Assembly: GCA_965225945.1 (NCBI GenBank)
Contig: CBDDBZ010000028.1
Location: forward strand, 64,001 to 128,000
Source: Alphaproteobacteria bacterium
Lineage (GTDB): Bacteria; Pseudomonadota; Alphaproteobacteria; GCA-2731375
Direction: 5' to 3'
DNA length: 64,000 nt
The position numbers were made by a program, and so were the translations under genes. The number at the start of each line of letters is the position of its first letter. Within the stretch, counting starts at the first letter, position 1. Under the pieces are notes generated by a model, which saw only the letters and a program-made list of their open reading frames with translations, made no database searches and had not been told where the DNA came from. This document shows, piece by piece, positions 21,519 to 31,508 of the stretch.

Positions 21519-22706
21519 TCAATCGCCGACCACGCCGGCCTCGCGCAGCGCCCGGATTTGGTCGGCGGCGTAGCCGATTTCGGCCAGCAGCTCGTCGGTG
21601 TGCTCGCCGAGTTGTGGGGCGCCTCGGCGAATCTCCGCCGGCGTGGCTTCGAATCGCGCGGCGTGACGCGCTTGTCTGAGGGTGCCGGCCAGCGGATGCT
21701 CGAACTCGACCAAGCTGCCGGCCGCCCTAACCTGGGGATGTTCGACCAGCTCGTTGCGGGTCAGCACCGGGGCACAGGGTACGCCTTCCGCTTCCAGTCG
21801 CGCCTGCCATTCGGCCGTGCTTCGAGTCCCGAGCACCTCCTGGGTCATGTTCAGCCGCTCGTCGACGTGCAGATCGCGATCGGCGGGGGTGGCGAAGCGC
21901 GCGTCGTCCAGCCATTCGGGCCGCTCCAGCGCCCGGGTGAGGCCATGCCACTGCGCGTCGGTCATCACCGCGATGCTCATATGGCCGTCGCTGGTCTGAT
22001 AGATCAGGTCGATAAAGCTCGCCGCCCGTTGCGCGTCGACGTCGCGCCCGACGAAAGTCTGTCCGCCCATGTCGGAGGACCAGAGGAACTGCAGCACCGA
22101 ATCGAGCATGGACAGGCGGACGTGCTGACCCTCCCCGCTGCGAGCGCGGGCCAGCAGGGCGGCGGTGATCGCCTGGCTCGAGGTGAGCGCCGTCACCTTG
22201 TCCGACACGATGGTGCGGATCAGGCGCGGGCGCCGATGGTCCGCTCCGCCCTGCACCGAGGCGAGACCCGAGGCCGCCTGCACGATCGGATCATAGGCCG
22301 GCTTCGCGGCGTAGGGCCCGTGCTCGCCGAAGCCGCTCATCGAGACGTAGATCAGCGAGGGTTTGGCTGCGCGGACCACCGCTTCGTGAATCCCGAGGCG
22401 CTCGACCACGCCCGGTCGGAAGTTCTGCACCACGACGTCGGCGCTTTCCGCCAGCCCGAGGAAGACCTCGCGGCCGGCCTCGGACTTCAAGTCGATGGTG
22501 ATCGAGCGCTTGTTGCGGTTGTTGTTGTGGAAGTTGGCGGAGAGGCCGCCCGCCCGATTGCCGTAGGCGCGGACGTGGTCGCCCAGGCCGGGAACCTCGA
22601 CCTTGACGACGTCGGCACCCTGATCGCCCAGCAGCATGGTCGCCATGGGTCCCGCGATCATCGTCGTCAGATCGATGATTCTGTAACCGTCGAGTGGTCC
22701 GGCCAT
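21519..22706 (-). CDS. CoA-transferase family III (CaiB/BaiF)
   Basis: GPLDG.RIIDL, GADVVKVE, NRNKRSI, NFRPG, GFG..GPY...AYD, APQLGEHT. Confidence 0.95.
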   Translation of the reverse strand: MAGPLDGYRIIDLTTMIAGPMATMLLGDQGADVVKVEVPGLGDHVRAYGNRAGGLSANFHNNNRNKRSITIDLKSEAGREVFLGLAESADVVVQNFRPGVVERLGIHEAVVRAAKPSLIYVSMSGFGEHGPYAAKPAYDPIVQAASGLASVQGGADHRRPRLIRTIVSDKVTALTSSQAITAALLARARSGEGQHVRLSMLDSVLQFLWSSDMGGQTFVGRDVDAQRAASFIDLIYQTSDGHMSIAVMTDAQWHGLTRALERPEWLDDARFATPADRDLHVDERLNMTQEVLGTRSTAEWQARLEAEGVPCAPVLTRNELVEHPQVRAAGSLVEFEHPLAGTLRQARHAARFEATPAEIRRGAPQLGEHTDELLAEIGYAADQIRALREAGVVGD

Positions 22707-22867
22707 GGCGTGTACCTCCACCTGTCTTCGCCGTCGCGCCCGGCGCGCGAGACCACCGTGCGTCCCGCACGCGAGGCCACCGTGGTCGGAGATGTATTCA
22801 ATCCCGCTTTCCGCGTCCATGATCGAGATGAAACGCCGCCAGCGCGGTTGGCAAGGATTCGTTTCCC

Positions 22868-23965
22868 ATGGGTTTCAAGTGCGGCATCGTCGGCCTGCCG
22901 AACGTCGGCAAATCGACCCTCTTCAACGCGCTCACCAACAGCGCGCAGGCGGCGGCGGAAAACTATCCCTTCTGTACGATCGAGCCGAACATCGGCCAGG
23001 TCGCGGTGAGGGATGCGCGGCTCGACGCGCTCGCCCGGATCGGCAAGCAGGCTCGCGTGGTGCCGGCGGTGATGAACTTCGTCGACATCGCCGGCCTGGT
23101 GCGGGGCGCGGCCAAGGGTGAGGGGCTGGGCAATCGGTTTCTCGCGCACATCCGCGAGGTCGACGCCATCCTACACGTCCTCAGGGCCTTCGAGGACGAG
23201 GACGTCACCCATGTCCAGGCCCGCATCGATCCCGTGGCGGACGCGGAGATCGTCGAAACCGAGTTGATGCTGGCCGATCTCGAAAGCGTCGAACGTCGGC
23301 TCGAGGCGCTCGAAAAGCGATACCTGGGCGGCGACCGCTCGCTCGCCCCCTTGGTCGCGGTGCTGGAGCGCGTGGCCGAGTGCTTGCGCGAGGGCAAGCC
23401 GGCGCGGCTCCTCGAGGTCGACGCGGAGACCGGCAAGGCCTTCGCCGAGCTGCACCTGCTGACGGCGAAGCCGGTGCTCTACGTGGCCAACGTGGGCGAG
23501 GCGGAAGCGGACGGGGGCAATCCCCACGTCGCCGCGATCGCCGAGCGCGCCCGGGCCGAGGGGGCGGGAATAATCGTCATCTCCGCCGCCATCGAGGCCG
23601 AAATCGCGCAACTAGAGGCCGAGGAGCGCCGTGCCTTCCTGGCCGATCTGGGCCTCGAGGAGGCGGGGCTCGACCGGCTGATCCGCGCCGGCTATGCGCT
23701 GTTGGGTCTGATCACGTTCCTGACCACCGGCGCCAAGGAGACCCGGGCCTGGACCGTTTCCAAGGGGACCCGGGCGCGGGCGGCGGCCGGGCTCGTCCAC
23801 ACCGACTTCGCCCGAGGCTTCATCGCCGCCGAGACCTTCGCCGTCGACGAGCTGCTGGCGTTCGGTGGCGAACAAGCGGCCCGCGACGCCGGCAAGATGC
23901 GCCTGGAGGGTGGCGACTACGTGGTCGAGGACGGCGACGTGATCTTGTTCCGCTTCAACGTCTGA
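22868..23965 (+). CDS. ychF: Redox-regulated ATPase YchF
   Basis: GIVGLPNVGKST, NYPFCTIEPN, DIAGLV, HTDF.RGFI, C-terminal FRFNV. Confidence 0.97.
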   Translation: MGFKCGIVGLPNVGKSTLFNALTNSAQAAAENYPFCTIEPNIGQVAVRDARLDALARIGKQARVVPAVMNFVDIAGLVRGAAKGEGLGNRFLAHIREVDAILHVLRAFEDEDVTHVQARIDPVADAEIVETELMLADLESVERRLEALEKRYLGGDRSLAPLVAVLERVAECLREGKPARLLEVDAETGKAFAELHLLTAKPVLYVANVGEAEADGGNPHVAAIAERARAEGAGIIVISAAIEAEIAQLEAEERRAFLADLGLEEAGLDRLIRAGYALLGLITFLTTGAKETRAWTVSKGTRARAAAGLVHTDFARGFIAAETFAVDELLAFGGEQAARDAGKMRLEGGDYVVEDGDVILFRFNV

Positions 23966-24066
23966 CGCAAGATCCGGTCGCCTAAGGCGCGGGAACGTAA
24001 GGTAATTTCTATTCCGGCCGATCACCCGGGCGGCATCACTAGCGCGTGAATACGTCGCACGCCCAT

Positions 24067-24096
24067 CTTGAATGTTCGCGCTGCGTTCACCATATT
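24067..24096 (+). promoter_or_regulatory. Putative sigma32 (RpoH) promoter upstream of the rpoH-like gene
   Basis: CTTGAA-N17-CCATAT, close to the alphaproteobacterial RpoH consensus. Confidence 0.6.
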
Positions 24097-24098
24097 AA

Positions 24099-24139
24099 AT
24101 ATGCCCCCACTCCAACCACGAGTTGGAGTGGGGGCATAT
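24099..24139. promoter_or_regulatory. Perfect 18-bp inverted repeat at the predicted transcript start
   Basis: ATATGCCCCCACTCCAAC-cacga-GTTGGAGTGGGGGCATAT. Confidence 0.7.
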
Positions 24140-24261
24140 CGAAACCCGCGTGAAGACGGGTGCGGCGGTCGAGAAGACCGCGCGACCACAGCCCGGGTCG
24201 CCGACGGAGGGGCGCGAGCAAAGAGGCGTCGGAATGCAAGCCGGGGCGCAAGCGAGGTGAC

Positions 24262-25107
24262 ATGGAGACGCAAGCCAGTACTGTCGATCGGTTCATGCGG
24301 CGGATCGGCCGCTATCCCCTGCTCGAGAAAGAGGAGGAGCGCGAGCTCGCGCGGGCTTGGCGCGACCACCGCGATAGCGAGGCGCTGGACCGCCTGGTCG
24401 GCAGCCATTTGCGCCTCGTGGTCAAGATCGCCCGGGGCTCGCGGGGTTACGGCCTACCGCTCGCCGATCTGATCGCCGAGGGTTCCGTCGGCCTGGTGCA
24501 GGCGGCGGAGAAATTCGACCCGGAGATGGGCAATCGCTTCTCGACCTATGCGACCTGGTGGATTCGCGCGGCCATCGGCCAGTATGTGATGCACAATGCC
24601 CATATCGTGCGCGTCGGCACCACGGCGGCGCAGAAGAAGCTGTTCTTCAATCTGCGTTCCTTGAAGGCCAAACATGGCGACCTCGGCTCGGACGGGGTGA
24701 CGCCCGAGGTCGCAGTGAAGATCGCCGACCAACTCGGCGTCACCATCGACGACGTGCTTCAGATGGACGGACGAATCGGGCGCACCGACCAGTCGTTGAG
24801 CGCGACGATCGGCACCGACGGCACTACCACCTTCGAGGACGCGCTGGTCGACGAGACCCAGAATCCCGAGGCCTACGCGCTGGAGCAAGACGAAATGGCG
24901 CGCAGGCGGGCGATGATCCCCGGCGCGCTCTCCGGACTCAGCGCCCGTGAGCGCGATATCTTGACGCAGCGTTACCTCGAGGAAGATCGACCGACCCTGG
25001 AGACCTTGAGCGTGAAATACGGCGTCTCTCGCGAGCGCATCCGCCAGATCGAGGCGGCGGCGATGAAGAAGTTTCGCCACGCGATGCTGCGCACCGCTGA
25101 TCGATAA
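24262..25107 (+). CDS. rpoH: RNA polymerase sigma-32 family factor (RpoH paralog)
   Basis: SHLRLVVKIA, GYGLP..DLI.EG, RFSTYATWWI, RpoH box QKKLFFNLR, VSRERIRQIE; GAGGTG RBS. Confidence 0.85.
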   Translation: METQASTVDRFMRRIGRYPLLEKEEERELARAWRDHRDSEALDRLVGSHLRLVVKIARGSRGYGLPLADLIAEGSVGLVQAAEKFDPEMGNRFSTYATWWIRAAIGQYVMHNAHIVRVGTTAAQKKLFFNLRSLKAKHGDLGSDGVTPEVAVKIADQLGVTIDDVLQMDGRIGRTDQSLSATIGTDGTTTFEDALVDETQNPEAYALEQDEMARRRAMIPGALSGLSARERDILTQRYLEEDRPTLETLSVKYGVSRERIRQIEAAAMKKFRHAMLRTADR

Positions 25108-25254
25108 ATTGATATGAACTAGTGTCCTGATCGATAAATTGGCGCCGGGGGCGAGGCCGACGATATGATTATGTCTCTATTTGTTTTCAGGAGGCGCGAT
25201 TGATGGCGAGAGTGGCGGTGACGATCTCTTTGAGCGATGACGAGCGCGCCGAAG

Positions 25255-25771
25255 GCCGCGTCCATAACCCAACCTTGCGCCCCAGCCCGCGCGCGCCCTT
25301 CCGGCTCTCCAGGACGTAGGTCTCGTCCGCTTCCACGATCCCCTTGAGCACCTCCGAATCGCTCCGCGCCGCCGCCAGAAACCGGTGACGCCAGCGGAAC
25401 GCCGTGCTCACCGCCACGTCGCAGCGCGCCGCCGAGGCCTTCACCGTCTCCCCCTTCGCCAGCGACGCCCCGAACGACAGCCAGCGTTCCTTGTGGTGCA
25501 AGCCCGACAGCGGCGTACCGCTCAGCGCGTTGAAGGTCTTGCCGCAGCCCTTGCACTGGTAGCGCCGCAGACCCCGCGCCATACCGCGCGAAACCGCCCC
25601 TTCGCTCACGCAGTGCGGACAGCGCCGGGCCTCGTCCACACCAAGCTCGATCGCGGCCTTCGATGCCTCGCCCTCGCTCCGGCCCGACAGCACCGCGAGC
25701 GCCTCGCGCCGCTGCGCGCGCGTCAGCCCGCGCGCCGCCGAAAGCCACACCTGGAAACCCTTGCCGTCCAT
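25255..25771 (-). pseudogene. 3'-truncated IS1595-family transposase
   Basis: CPHC...RYQCKGCGKTFN zinc ribbon, GTPL, HTH region TAFRWRHR, first catalytic motif IVEADETY, then truncated. Confidence 0.88.
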
Positions 25772-25857
25772 AACCCAACCTCCTGACGTTCCAGGCACTC
25801 TATCACTAATGCATACAATTCGCGAATTGAGCCATTTGTTTTCAGGAGGCGCGATTG

Positions 25858-26979
25858 ATGGCGAGAGTGGCGGTGACGATCTCTTTGAGCGATGACGAGC
25901 GCGCCGAATTGGAGGCGCTGTCTCGTCGTTGCAAGACGTCGCAGGGGCTTGCGCGGCGGGCTCGGATCGTCTTGGCGGCGGCGGAAGGGTTGGAGAACAA
26001 GGAGATCGCCGTTCGTCTCGAGGCGAGCGCGGACACCGTGGGCAAGTGGCGTCGCCGCTATGCGGCGGAGGGCCTCGACGGTCTGTACGACGAACCCCGC
26101 CCCGGCGCGCCGCGTCAAATCGGCGATGACGCCATCGCGGAAGCGGTCCGGCTGACGCTGGAAGAGACGCCGCCGGACGCGACCCATTGGAGCCTTCGCT
26201 CGATGGCGCGGGCGAGCGGCCACGCGCCCTCGACCATTCATCGCATCTGGCGGGCCTTCGGCTTGCAGCCGCATCGCTCGGAGACCTTCAAGCTGTCGAG
26301 CGATCCCTTCTTCGTGGAGAAGGTCCGCGACATCGTCGGTCTGTATTTGGCGCCGCCGGATCGTGCCCTGGTTCTCTGTGTCGACGAAAAGAGCCAGATC
26401 CAGGCCTTGGACCGTTCCCAGCCCCTCTTGCCGATGCGCCCCGGGCAGGCGGAGCGGCGCAGCCACGACTACAAGCGCCACGGCACGACCTCTCTCTTCG
26501 CGGCCCTCGACATCGCCACGGGAGAGATCATCGGCAAATGTTTCCCGCGCCATCGGGCCCGAGAGTTCCGCAAATTCCTCGACCTCGTCGAGGCGAACGT
26601 CCCTGGTGATCTCGACATCCACATCGTCATGGACAACTACGGGACCCACAAGACCAAGGCGATCCGCGACTGGTTCGCCAAACGGCCGCGCTGGCAGGCC
26701 CATTTCACACCCACCAGCGCCTCCTGGCTCAACCAGGTCGAGCGCTGGTTCGGGCTGCTGACCGACAAGCAGATCAGGCGCGGCGTCCATCGCTCCACCA
26801 AGGAGTTGGAGCGCACCATCCTCGACTACATCGACACGACAAACCAGAACCCCAAACCCTTCAAATGGACCAAATCCGCCGATGACATCCTCGGCGCCAT
26901 CCAGCGGTTCTGCCTCCGAACAATCGAAATCGCTGAACAGCAGGCGAAAATCATGCGAACTTCGGAATCGGGACACTAG
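25858..26979 (+). CDS. IS630-family transposase
   Basis: [53 protein letters not shown]. Confidence 0.97.
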   Translation: MARVAVTISLSDDERAELEALSRRCKTSQGLARRARIVLAAAEGLENKEIAVRLEASADTVGKWRRRYAAEGLDGLYDEPRPGAPRQIGDDAIAEAVRLTLEETPPDATHWSLRSMARASGHAPSTIHRIWRAFGLQPHRSETFKLSSDPFFVEKVRDIVGLYLAPPDRALVLCVDEKSQIQALDRSQPLLPMRPGQAERRSHDYKRHGTTSLFAALDIATGEIIGKCFPRHRAREFRKFLDLVEANVPGDLDIHIVMDNYGTHKTKAIRDWFAKRPRWQAHFTPTSASWLNQVERWFGLLTDKQIRRGVHRSTKELERTILDYIDTTNQNPKPFKWTKSADDILGAIQRFCLRTIEIAEQQAKIMRTSESGH

Positions 26980-27049
26980 AGCGCTTCAGGTTTGAAGCTA
27001 TTCACCGGACCGTCGACGTCGGTCACGGAGCGTCCTCGCGGTCCGTGCG

Positions 27050-27856
27050 CTACCAGCGGACGCCGGGGGGGCGTTCGATGGTGTCAAGGAAGTCGCACAC
27101 CATGTCGTGCATCGCCGGGCCGGCGACGACGACGGAATCGACCACCGGCCGGGCCTGGTTGAAGCCAAATTCGGCGCCTCGCGCCGTGCTCTCCCGCCCG
27201 CCCGCTTCGTCCAGGATCACCGTGGCGCCGGCGATGTCCCACTCGCTCTTCTCGCCGAGCGAGACGCAGGCGTCGTAACGACCGGCGGCGACCAGCGACA
27301 TCCGATAGGCGATCGAGTTGATGGCGAAGAATTCGGCGCCCTCGGGCGGGCCGTCCCAACCGGCGCGGGCGAACATCCGGGTGCCGGAAATCACGCGGGC
27401 ACCCGACCAGCCGGCCTGGCCGCTGGCCCGGATCGGCGTCGTGTTGAGGCGGGCGCCGGTGCCGCGGGCGGCCTCGAACAGCTCTTCCGTCACGGGATTG
27501 AAGACGACGCCCGCGATCGCCCGCCCGTCCTCCACCAGCGCGGCGGACACGGTGAATTCCGGCTCGCCTCGAAGGAAGGCACGGGTCCCGTCGATCGGAT
27601 CGACGACGAAGATGCGCCGGCGGTCGAGCCTCGCGGCTGTGTCCACCGTCTCCTCGGAGAGCCAGCCGTAGTCCGGGCGCGCTTGGCCCAGGCGCTCGCG
27701 CAGCATTTCGTCGACGGCGTGGTCGGCCTCGCTCACCGGATCGCCCGGCGCCTTGTCCCAGTGCTCGACCTCGCCTTGGAAATATTCGAGCGCCAGCGCA
27801 CCGGCGTCGCGGACGCAATCGATCAGCAGCGCATGGTCGGCGGCAAGCTCGCTCAC
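27050..27856 (-). CDS. Inositol monophosphatase / CysQ family phosphatase
   Basis: PVSEAD, WLSEE, VVDPIDGTRAF, EWDIA; GTGA overlap with pmbA. Confidence 0.9.
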   Translation of the reverse strand: MSELAADHALLIDCVRDAGALALEYFQGEVEHWDKAPGDPVSEADHAVDEMLRERLGQARPDYGWLSEETVDTAARLDRRRIFVVDPIDGTRAFLRGEPEFTVSAALVEDGRAIAGVVFNPVTEELFEAARGTGARLNTTPIRASGQAGWSGARVISGTRMFARAGWDGPPEGAEFFAINSIAYRMSLVAAGRYDACVSLGEKSEWDIAGATVILDEAGGRESTARGAEFGFNQARPVVDSVVVAGPAMHDMVCDFLDTIERPPGVRW

Positions 27857-29217
27857 GTTCCGGCGACCGTCATGCCGTCGACCCGGAGCGTCGGGGCGTT
27901 GGAGCCATGGCGGAACACCAGGTCGTTCGCCGGCGTTATCTGGCGAAACATCTCCACGAGGTTGCCGGCGATGGTCAGCTCGCTCACCGGAAAGGCCTTC
28001 CGACCCTTCTCGATCCAAAAGCCAGAAGCGCCGCGACTATAATCGCCGGTGAGAGGATTGACGCCGAAGCCGATCAGCTCGGCGACGTAGAAGCCGGAAT
28101 CGATTTCCGCGATCAGTTCCTCGGGCGAGGCCGATCCGGCGGCCAGGTAGAGGTTGCTGGCGGCGGGCGACGGCGGTCCGGCCGTGCCGCGGCTGGCGTT
28201 GCCCGTGGTCTCCAGGCCGAGTTGGCGGGCCGACGCGCTGTCCAGCAGCCAACCGGTGAGGCGGCCTGCGTCGATCAGCACCCGCTTTGCGTTAGCCACG
28301 CCCTCGCCGTCGAACGGTTTGGAGGCGAGGCCGCGCGGGCGGCCCGGATCGTCGACGATCTCGATGCCCTCGGCGAACACCGTGGTCCCGAGCGCGTCTT
28401 TGAGGAAGCTCGTGCCCCGGGCGACGGCCTGGCCCGAGATCGCCCCGGCGAAGTGGCCCAAGAGGCTGCGCGAGACCCGGGGATCGAAGACCACCGGCGC
28501 CGGCGCGGTCTCGACCTTGCGGGGGCCCAGGCGTGCCACCGCCATCTCGCCCGCCCGGCGGCCGACCTCGGTCGCGTCGTCAAGGTCGGCCCGGTGGCGG
28601 GCCGAGGTGAACTCGTAGTCACGCTCCATGCCCGTGCCCTCGCCGGCGACCACCGAGGCGTGGAAGGAGTGGTTGGAGCCGCCATAGGCGCCGGCGAAGC
28701 CGCTGGAGGTGACCAGCGCGACCCGGCTCCGCGACCAGCCGGCCGCCGCCTCTTCCGAATTGGTGACGCCCGGAACCGCCAGCGCGCTCGCCTCGCAAGT
28801 ACCCGCAATCTCATAGAGCGTCTCGGCCGAGGGCGCCTCGCCGTCGTCGAGATCGAGATCGGCCACCTCGCGGGCCAGGCGATCCTCGGGCGCAAGGCCG
28901 GCATAGGCGTCCTCCGGCGCCGCCTTGGCCATGGCGACCACCCGCTCGGCCAGACGCGACAGGGTCACGGGCGAGAGGTCGGTCGAGGACACCACGGCGG
29001 GCCGGCGGCCGACGAAGGCGCGAAGCCCCAGGTCGCGACCCTCGGAGCGGTCGAGATCCTCCGGCTGGCCGAGGCGATGGCTGACGCCGAGGGAGGTCGA
29101 GCGGAACAGCACCGCGTCGGCCGCGTCGGCGCCGGCGCGGCGGGCCTGGGCGATCAGATCGCCGAGCAGGTCGAGATCGTTGGCGGACTCGGCGTTCGCC
29201 GACTTTGGCACCGACAT
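27853..29217 (-). CDS. pmbA: TldD/PmbA family protein (PmbA/TldE)
   Basis: GLRAFVG, PFDGEG, TGNA, TGDYSRGASGF, TIAGNL, C-terminal MTVAG. Confidence 0.9.
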   Translation of the reverse strand: MSVPKSANAESANDLDLLGDLIAQARRAGADAADAVLFRSTSLGVSHRLGQPEDLDRSEGRDLGLRAFVGRRPAVVSSTDLSPVTLSRLAERVVAMAKAAPEDAYAGLAPEDRLAREVADLDLDDGEAPSAETLYEIAGTCEASALAVPGVTNSEEAAAGWSRSRVALVTSSGFAGAYGGSNHSFHASVVAGEGTGMERDYEFTSARHRADLDDATEVGRRAGEMAVARLGPRKVETAPAPVVFDPRVSRSLLGHFAGAISGQAVARGTSFLKDALGTTVFAEGIEIVDDPGRPRGLASKPFDGEGVANAKRVLIDAGRLTGWLLDSASARQLGLETTGNASRGTAGPPSPAASNLYLAAGSASPEELIAEIDSGFYVAELIGFGVNPLTGDYSRGASGFWIEKGRKAFPVSELTIAGNLVEMFRQITPANDLVFRHGSNAPTLRVDGMTVAGT

Positions 29218-29347
29218 GGGAGGGGCTCCTCGGGGGCGGTCAAGGCACCGGACGGATCCGGTGACCTATATATGCGGTTTTCCGCCGGCGTGACCAGCCA
29301 GGGCAAGGGACCGGGCTAGGGCTAGACCGCGGCCTAGGGACCGTCCT

Positions 29348-30181
29348 TCAAGAAACCAGTTCGCGTTGCCTTTTCGGGTGGCCGCGTTGGAAGTCGTTCT
29401 TGCCGCACCTGTCGGTGCCGCGCAGCAGCAGCAGCGCCCGGGTGTCGTGGCCGTAACCCTTGAAGTGGCGCAATACGGCCGCGTCGTGATCGTAGTGACT
29501 CGTCGCCGGCATGAAGCGGAGCGTGTAGCCCGCGCGCACCTGCCCGCTGGTGTTGGGCTGGGCGCCATGCGCGGTGAAGACGTCGAACAGCACCAATTGC
29601 CCGGGCTCCAGTTCCACGTCGCGGGCGGTGCTCTCGTCCACCTCGTTTCGCTCGAGCCGGGTGTAAATGAAGAGATCGGGGCTGTCGACGACGTCGTGCT
29701 TGGCGATCCGGCGCGCCCTGTTGGAGCCCTTCAGGAAGCGGAGGCAGCCGTTCTCCACCGTGCTCTCGAACACCGAGATCCAGACCGAGGTCGTGGCCAT
29801 CGGCTTGATCGGCGAATGTTCCGCATCCTGGTGCCAGGGCGTCGCCGTGCCCGTGGTCGCTCGCTTGTGGAAGATGCCGCTGCCCCACAGGATCACGTCC
29901 GGGCCGATGATCTGGGCCACCATCTCGACGATATCGGGCTGGGTCGCGATATCGATCCAGCCGGGCCGCGACACCATCCCCTCGACGCCGCTGCCGGGGA
30001 TGTGGGGCCCGACCATGTGGCGGTCGCAAAGGCTCGGGTTGTCGGCCACCAGATGCAGGGTCAACTCTTGCAGCTTGGCCAGCATCGGTTCCGAGAGGCG
30101 ATATTCCGGGACCACGAAGCCGTCCCGGTGGTAGGCCTCGACTTCCCGCTCGGACAGAATCTCGCTCGCCGCCTGGCTCAT
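29348..30181 (-). CDS. Phytanoyl-CoA dioxygenase (PhyH) family Fe/2OG oxygenase
   Basis: YHRDGFVV, TPWHQD (HxD), ENGCL, HGAQPN...R. Confidence 0.88.
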   Translation of the reverse strand: MSQAASEILSEREVEAYHRDGFVVPEYRLSEPMLAKLQELTLHLVADNPSLCDRHMVGPHIPGSGVEGMVSRPGWIDIATQPDIVEMVAQIIGPDVILWGSGIFHKRATTGTATPWHQDAEHSPIKPMATTSVWISVFESTVENGCLRFLKGSNRARRIAKHDVVDSPDLFIYTRLERNEVDESTARDVELEPGQLVLFDVFTAHGAQPNTSGQVRAGYTLRFMPATSHYDHDAAVLRHFKGYGHDTRALLLLRGTDRCGKNDFQRGHPKRQRELVS

Positions 30182-30210
30182 GGCGTCCCTCCCTTGCTCG
30201 CCCGAGGGTT

Positions 30211-31404
30211 TCATGATCCGTCCGGGCTGTCCAGAAACGGTCGGGATCGGTACAGCCGTTCGCTCGCGAGCCGCGCGCCCGCGCTCATCGCGGCGAGCTT
30301 GGCCCAGACCACGTCCTCGGCCACCCGGCCGAAGCCGGCGGAGGTGTCGAAGCCGCAGTCGGTGGCGGCGCCCAGCCGTTCCGGCCCGCCGATTGCGCGC
30401 GCGATCCGCTGCAGCCGGTCGGCCACCACCTCGGGGTGCTCGACGAAGTTGGTCGTGGTGTCGATCACGCCCGCGATCAGGCCCATGTGGTCGGGCAGCG
30501 GCAGGTCCTCGAAGACGTGGAACTCGTGCGCGTGGCGGGGGTTGGCGAAGGGCAGGACCAGGGCGCTCACCTTCGCCTGGTAGAGGATCGGCAAGATATC
30601 GGCGAGCGGCACGTCCAGATCGTGCGGCCCCTCGTAGTTGCCCCAGCAGACGTGGAGGCGGACGCGCTCCGCCGGAATGCCCTCCAAGCCCTCGTTCAAG
30701 CGAGTGATGACGCGCTCGACGAAATTCCGGAATTCGGCGAGCGGCCGTTCGGCATAGGTGACGTGGCGCTCGAGCGCGAGATCGGGGCAGTCGAGCTGCA
30801 ACGCGAACCCGGCGTCGACCACGGCCTTGTATTCGGTCCGAAGCGCCCTCGTCAGCGCGCCGAGATAAGCGTCCTCGTCGCCGTAATGGTCGTCTCGGAT
30901 GGCGGCGGCGATGATCCCGGGCGACGGCGCGGCGAGAAAGCCGCGGTCCTCGGCCAGCCCGTTCTCGGCCAGTACGGTGGCGAAATCGGCGCATTCCTGC
31001 TCGATCAGGGCGGCATCGAGATAGCGGACCTCGTCCACCACGCGGGGCAGCTCGAAATTGCTGACCGCCGTCAGCGAGCCGGTGAGCCTGGCCCGCATCT
31101 CGGCGAAGACGGGATAGCGCTGGACGTCGGCGAGCGGCGGCCGGCCGCCGCCTGGGGCGAAGCCGCTCATCCGCCGCTGGACATAGAGGAAGAAGGCTTC
31201 CCGCGTCTGTTCGCCGTTGTTGACCAGGTCGATGCCGGCCTCGAGCTGCTTCGGCACCACCCAGCGGGTCGCCTCGGCCGCCGCCCGGGCGAGTTCGACT
31301 TCGTCGACCGGCTCGCCGTGCGCGCGGCGGGCATAGAGTTGCACCAGGGCCGGCGGCCTCGGCAGGCTGCCGGCATGGGTGGTCTGGATGCGGATCTCGT
31401 TCAT
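30211..31404 (-). CDS. Cobalamin-independent methionine synthase II-like (MetE C-terminal family) protein
   Basis: TTHAGSLPRP, LQLDCPDL, HVCWGNY, ANPRHAHE, GVID, TDCGF. Confidence 0.88.
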   Translation of the reverse strand: MNEIRIQTTHAGSLPRPPALVQLYARRAHGEPVDEVELARAAAEATRWVVPKQLEAGIDLVNNGEQTREAFFLYVQRRMSGFAPGGGRPPLADVQRYPVFAEMRARLTGSLTAVSNFELPRVVDEVRYLDAALIEQECADFATVLAENGLAEDRGFLAAPSPGIIAAAIRDDHYGDEDAYLGALTRALRTEYKAVVDAGFALQLDCPDLALERHVTYAERPLAEFRNFVERVITRLNEGLEGIPAERVRLHVCWGNYEGPHDLDVPLADILPILYQAKVSALVLPFANPRHAHEFHVFEDLPLPDHMGLIAGVIDTTTNFVEHPEVVADRLQRIARAIGGPERLGAATDCGFDTSAGFGRVAEDVVWAKLAAMSAGARLASERLYRSRPFLDSPDGS

Positions 31405-31508
31405 GGGCTCGGGCTCCCTCGCCGCCGCGCGGATCTTGGCGGGGCCGGGGGCGCATGGCAACATCGCCCAGGCAACATCGCCCAGGGGAGGATTGAGGAT
31501 AACGCCCG

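Larger units (their letters stand above)
25119..26979 (+). mobile_element. IS630-family element with an interrupted left end
   Basis: Left end CTAGTGTCCTGAT... versus right end ...ATCGGGACACTAG (imperfect TIR, CTAG/TA target); contains the full transposase. Confidence 0.75.

Noticed and set aside
21282-23009. 575-aa + strand ORF
   Set aside because: Only about 58 codons look protein-like; the rest is antisense to the CoA-transferase.
24106-24132. CIRCE element
   Set aside because: Spacer is 13 rather than 9 nt and the TTAG/CTAA flanks are absent.
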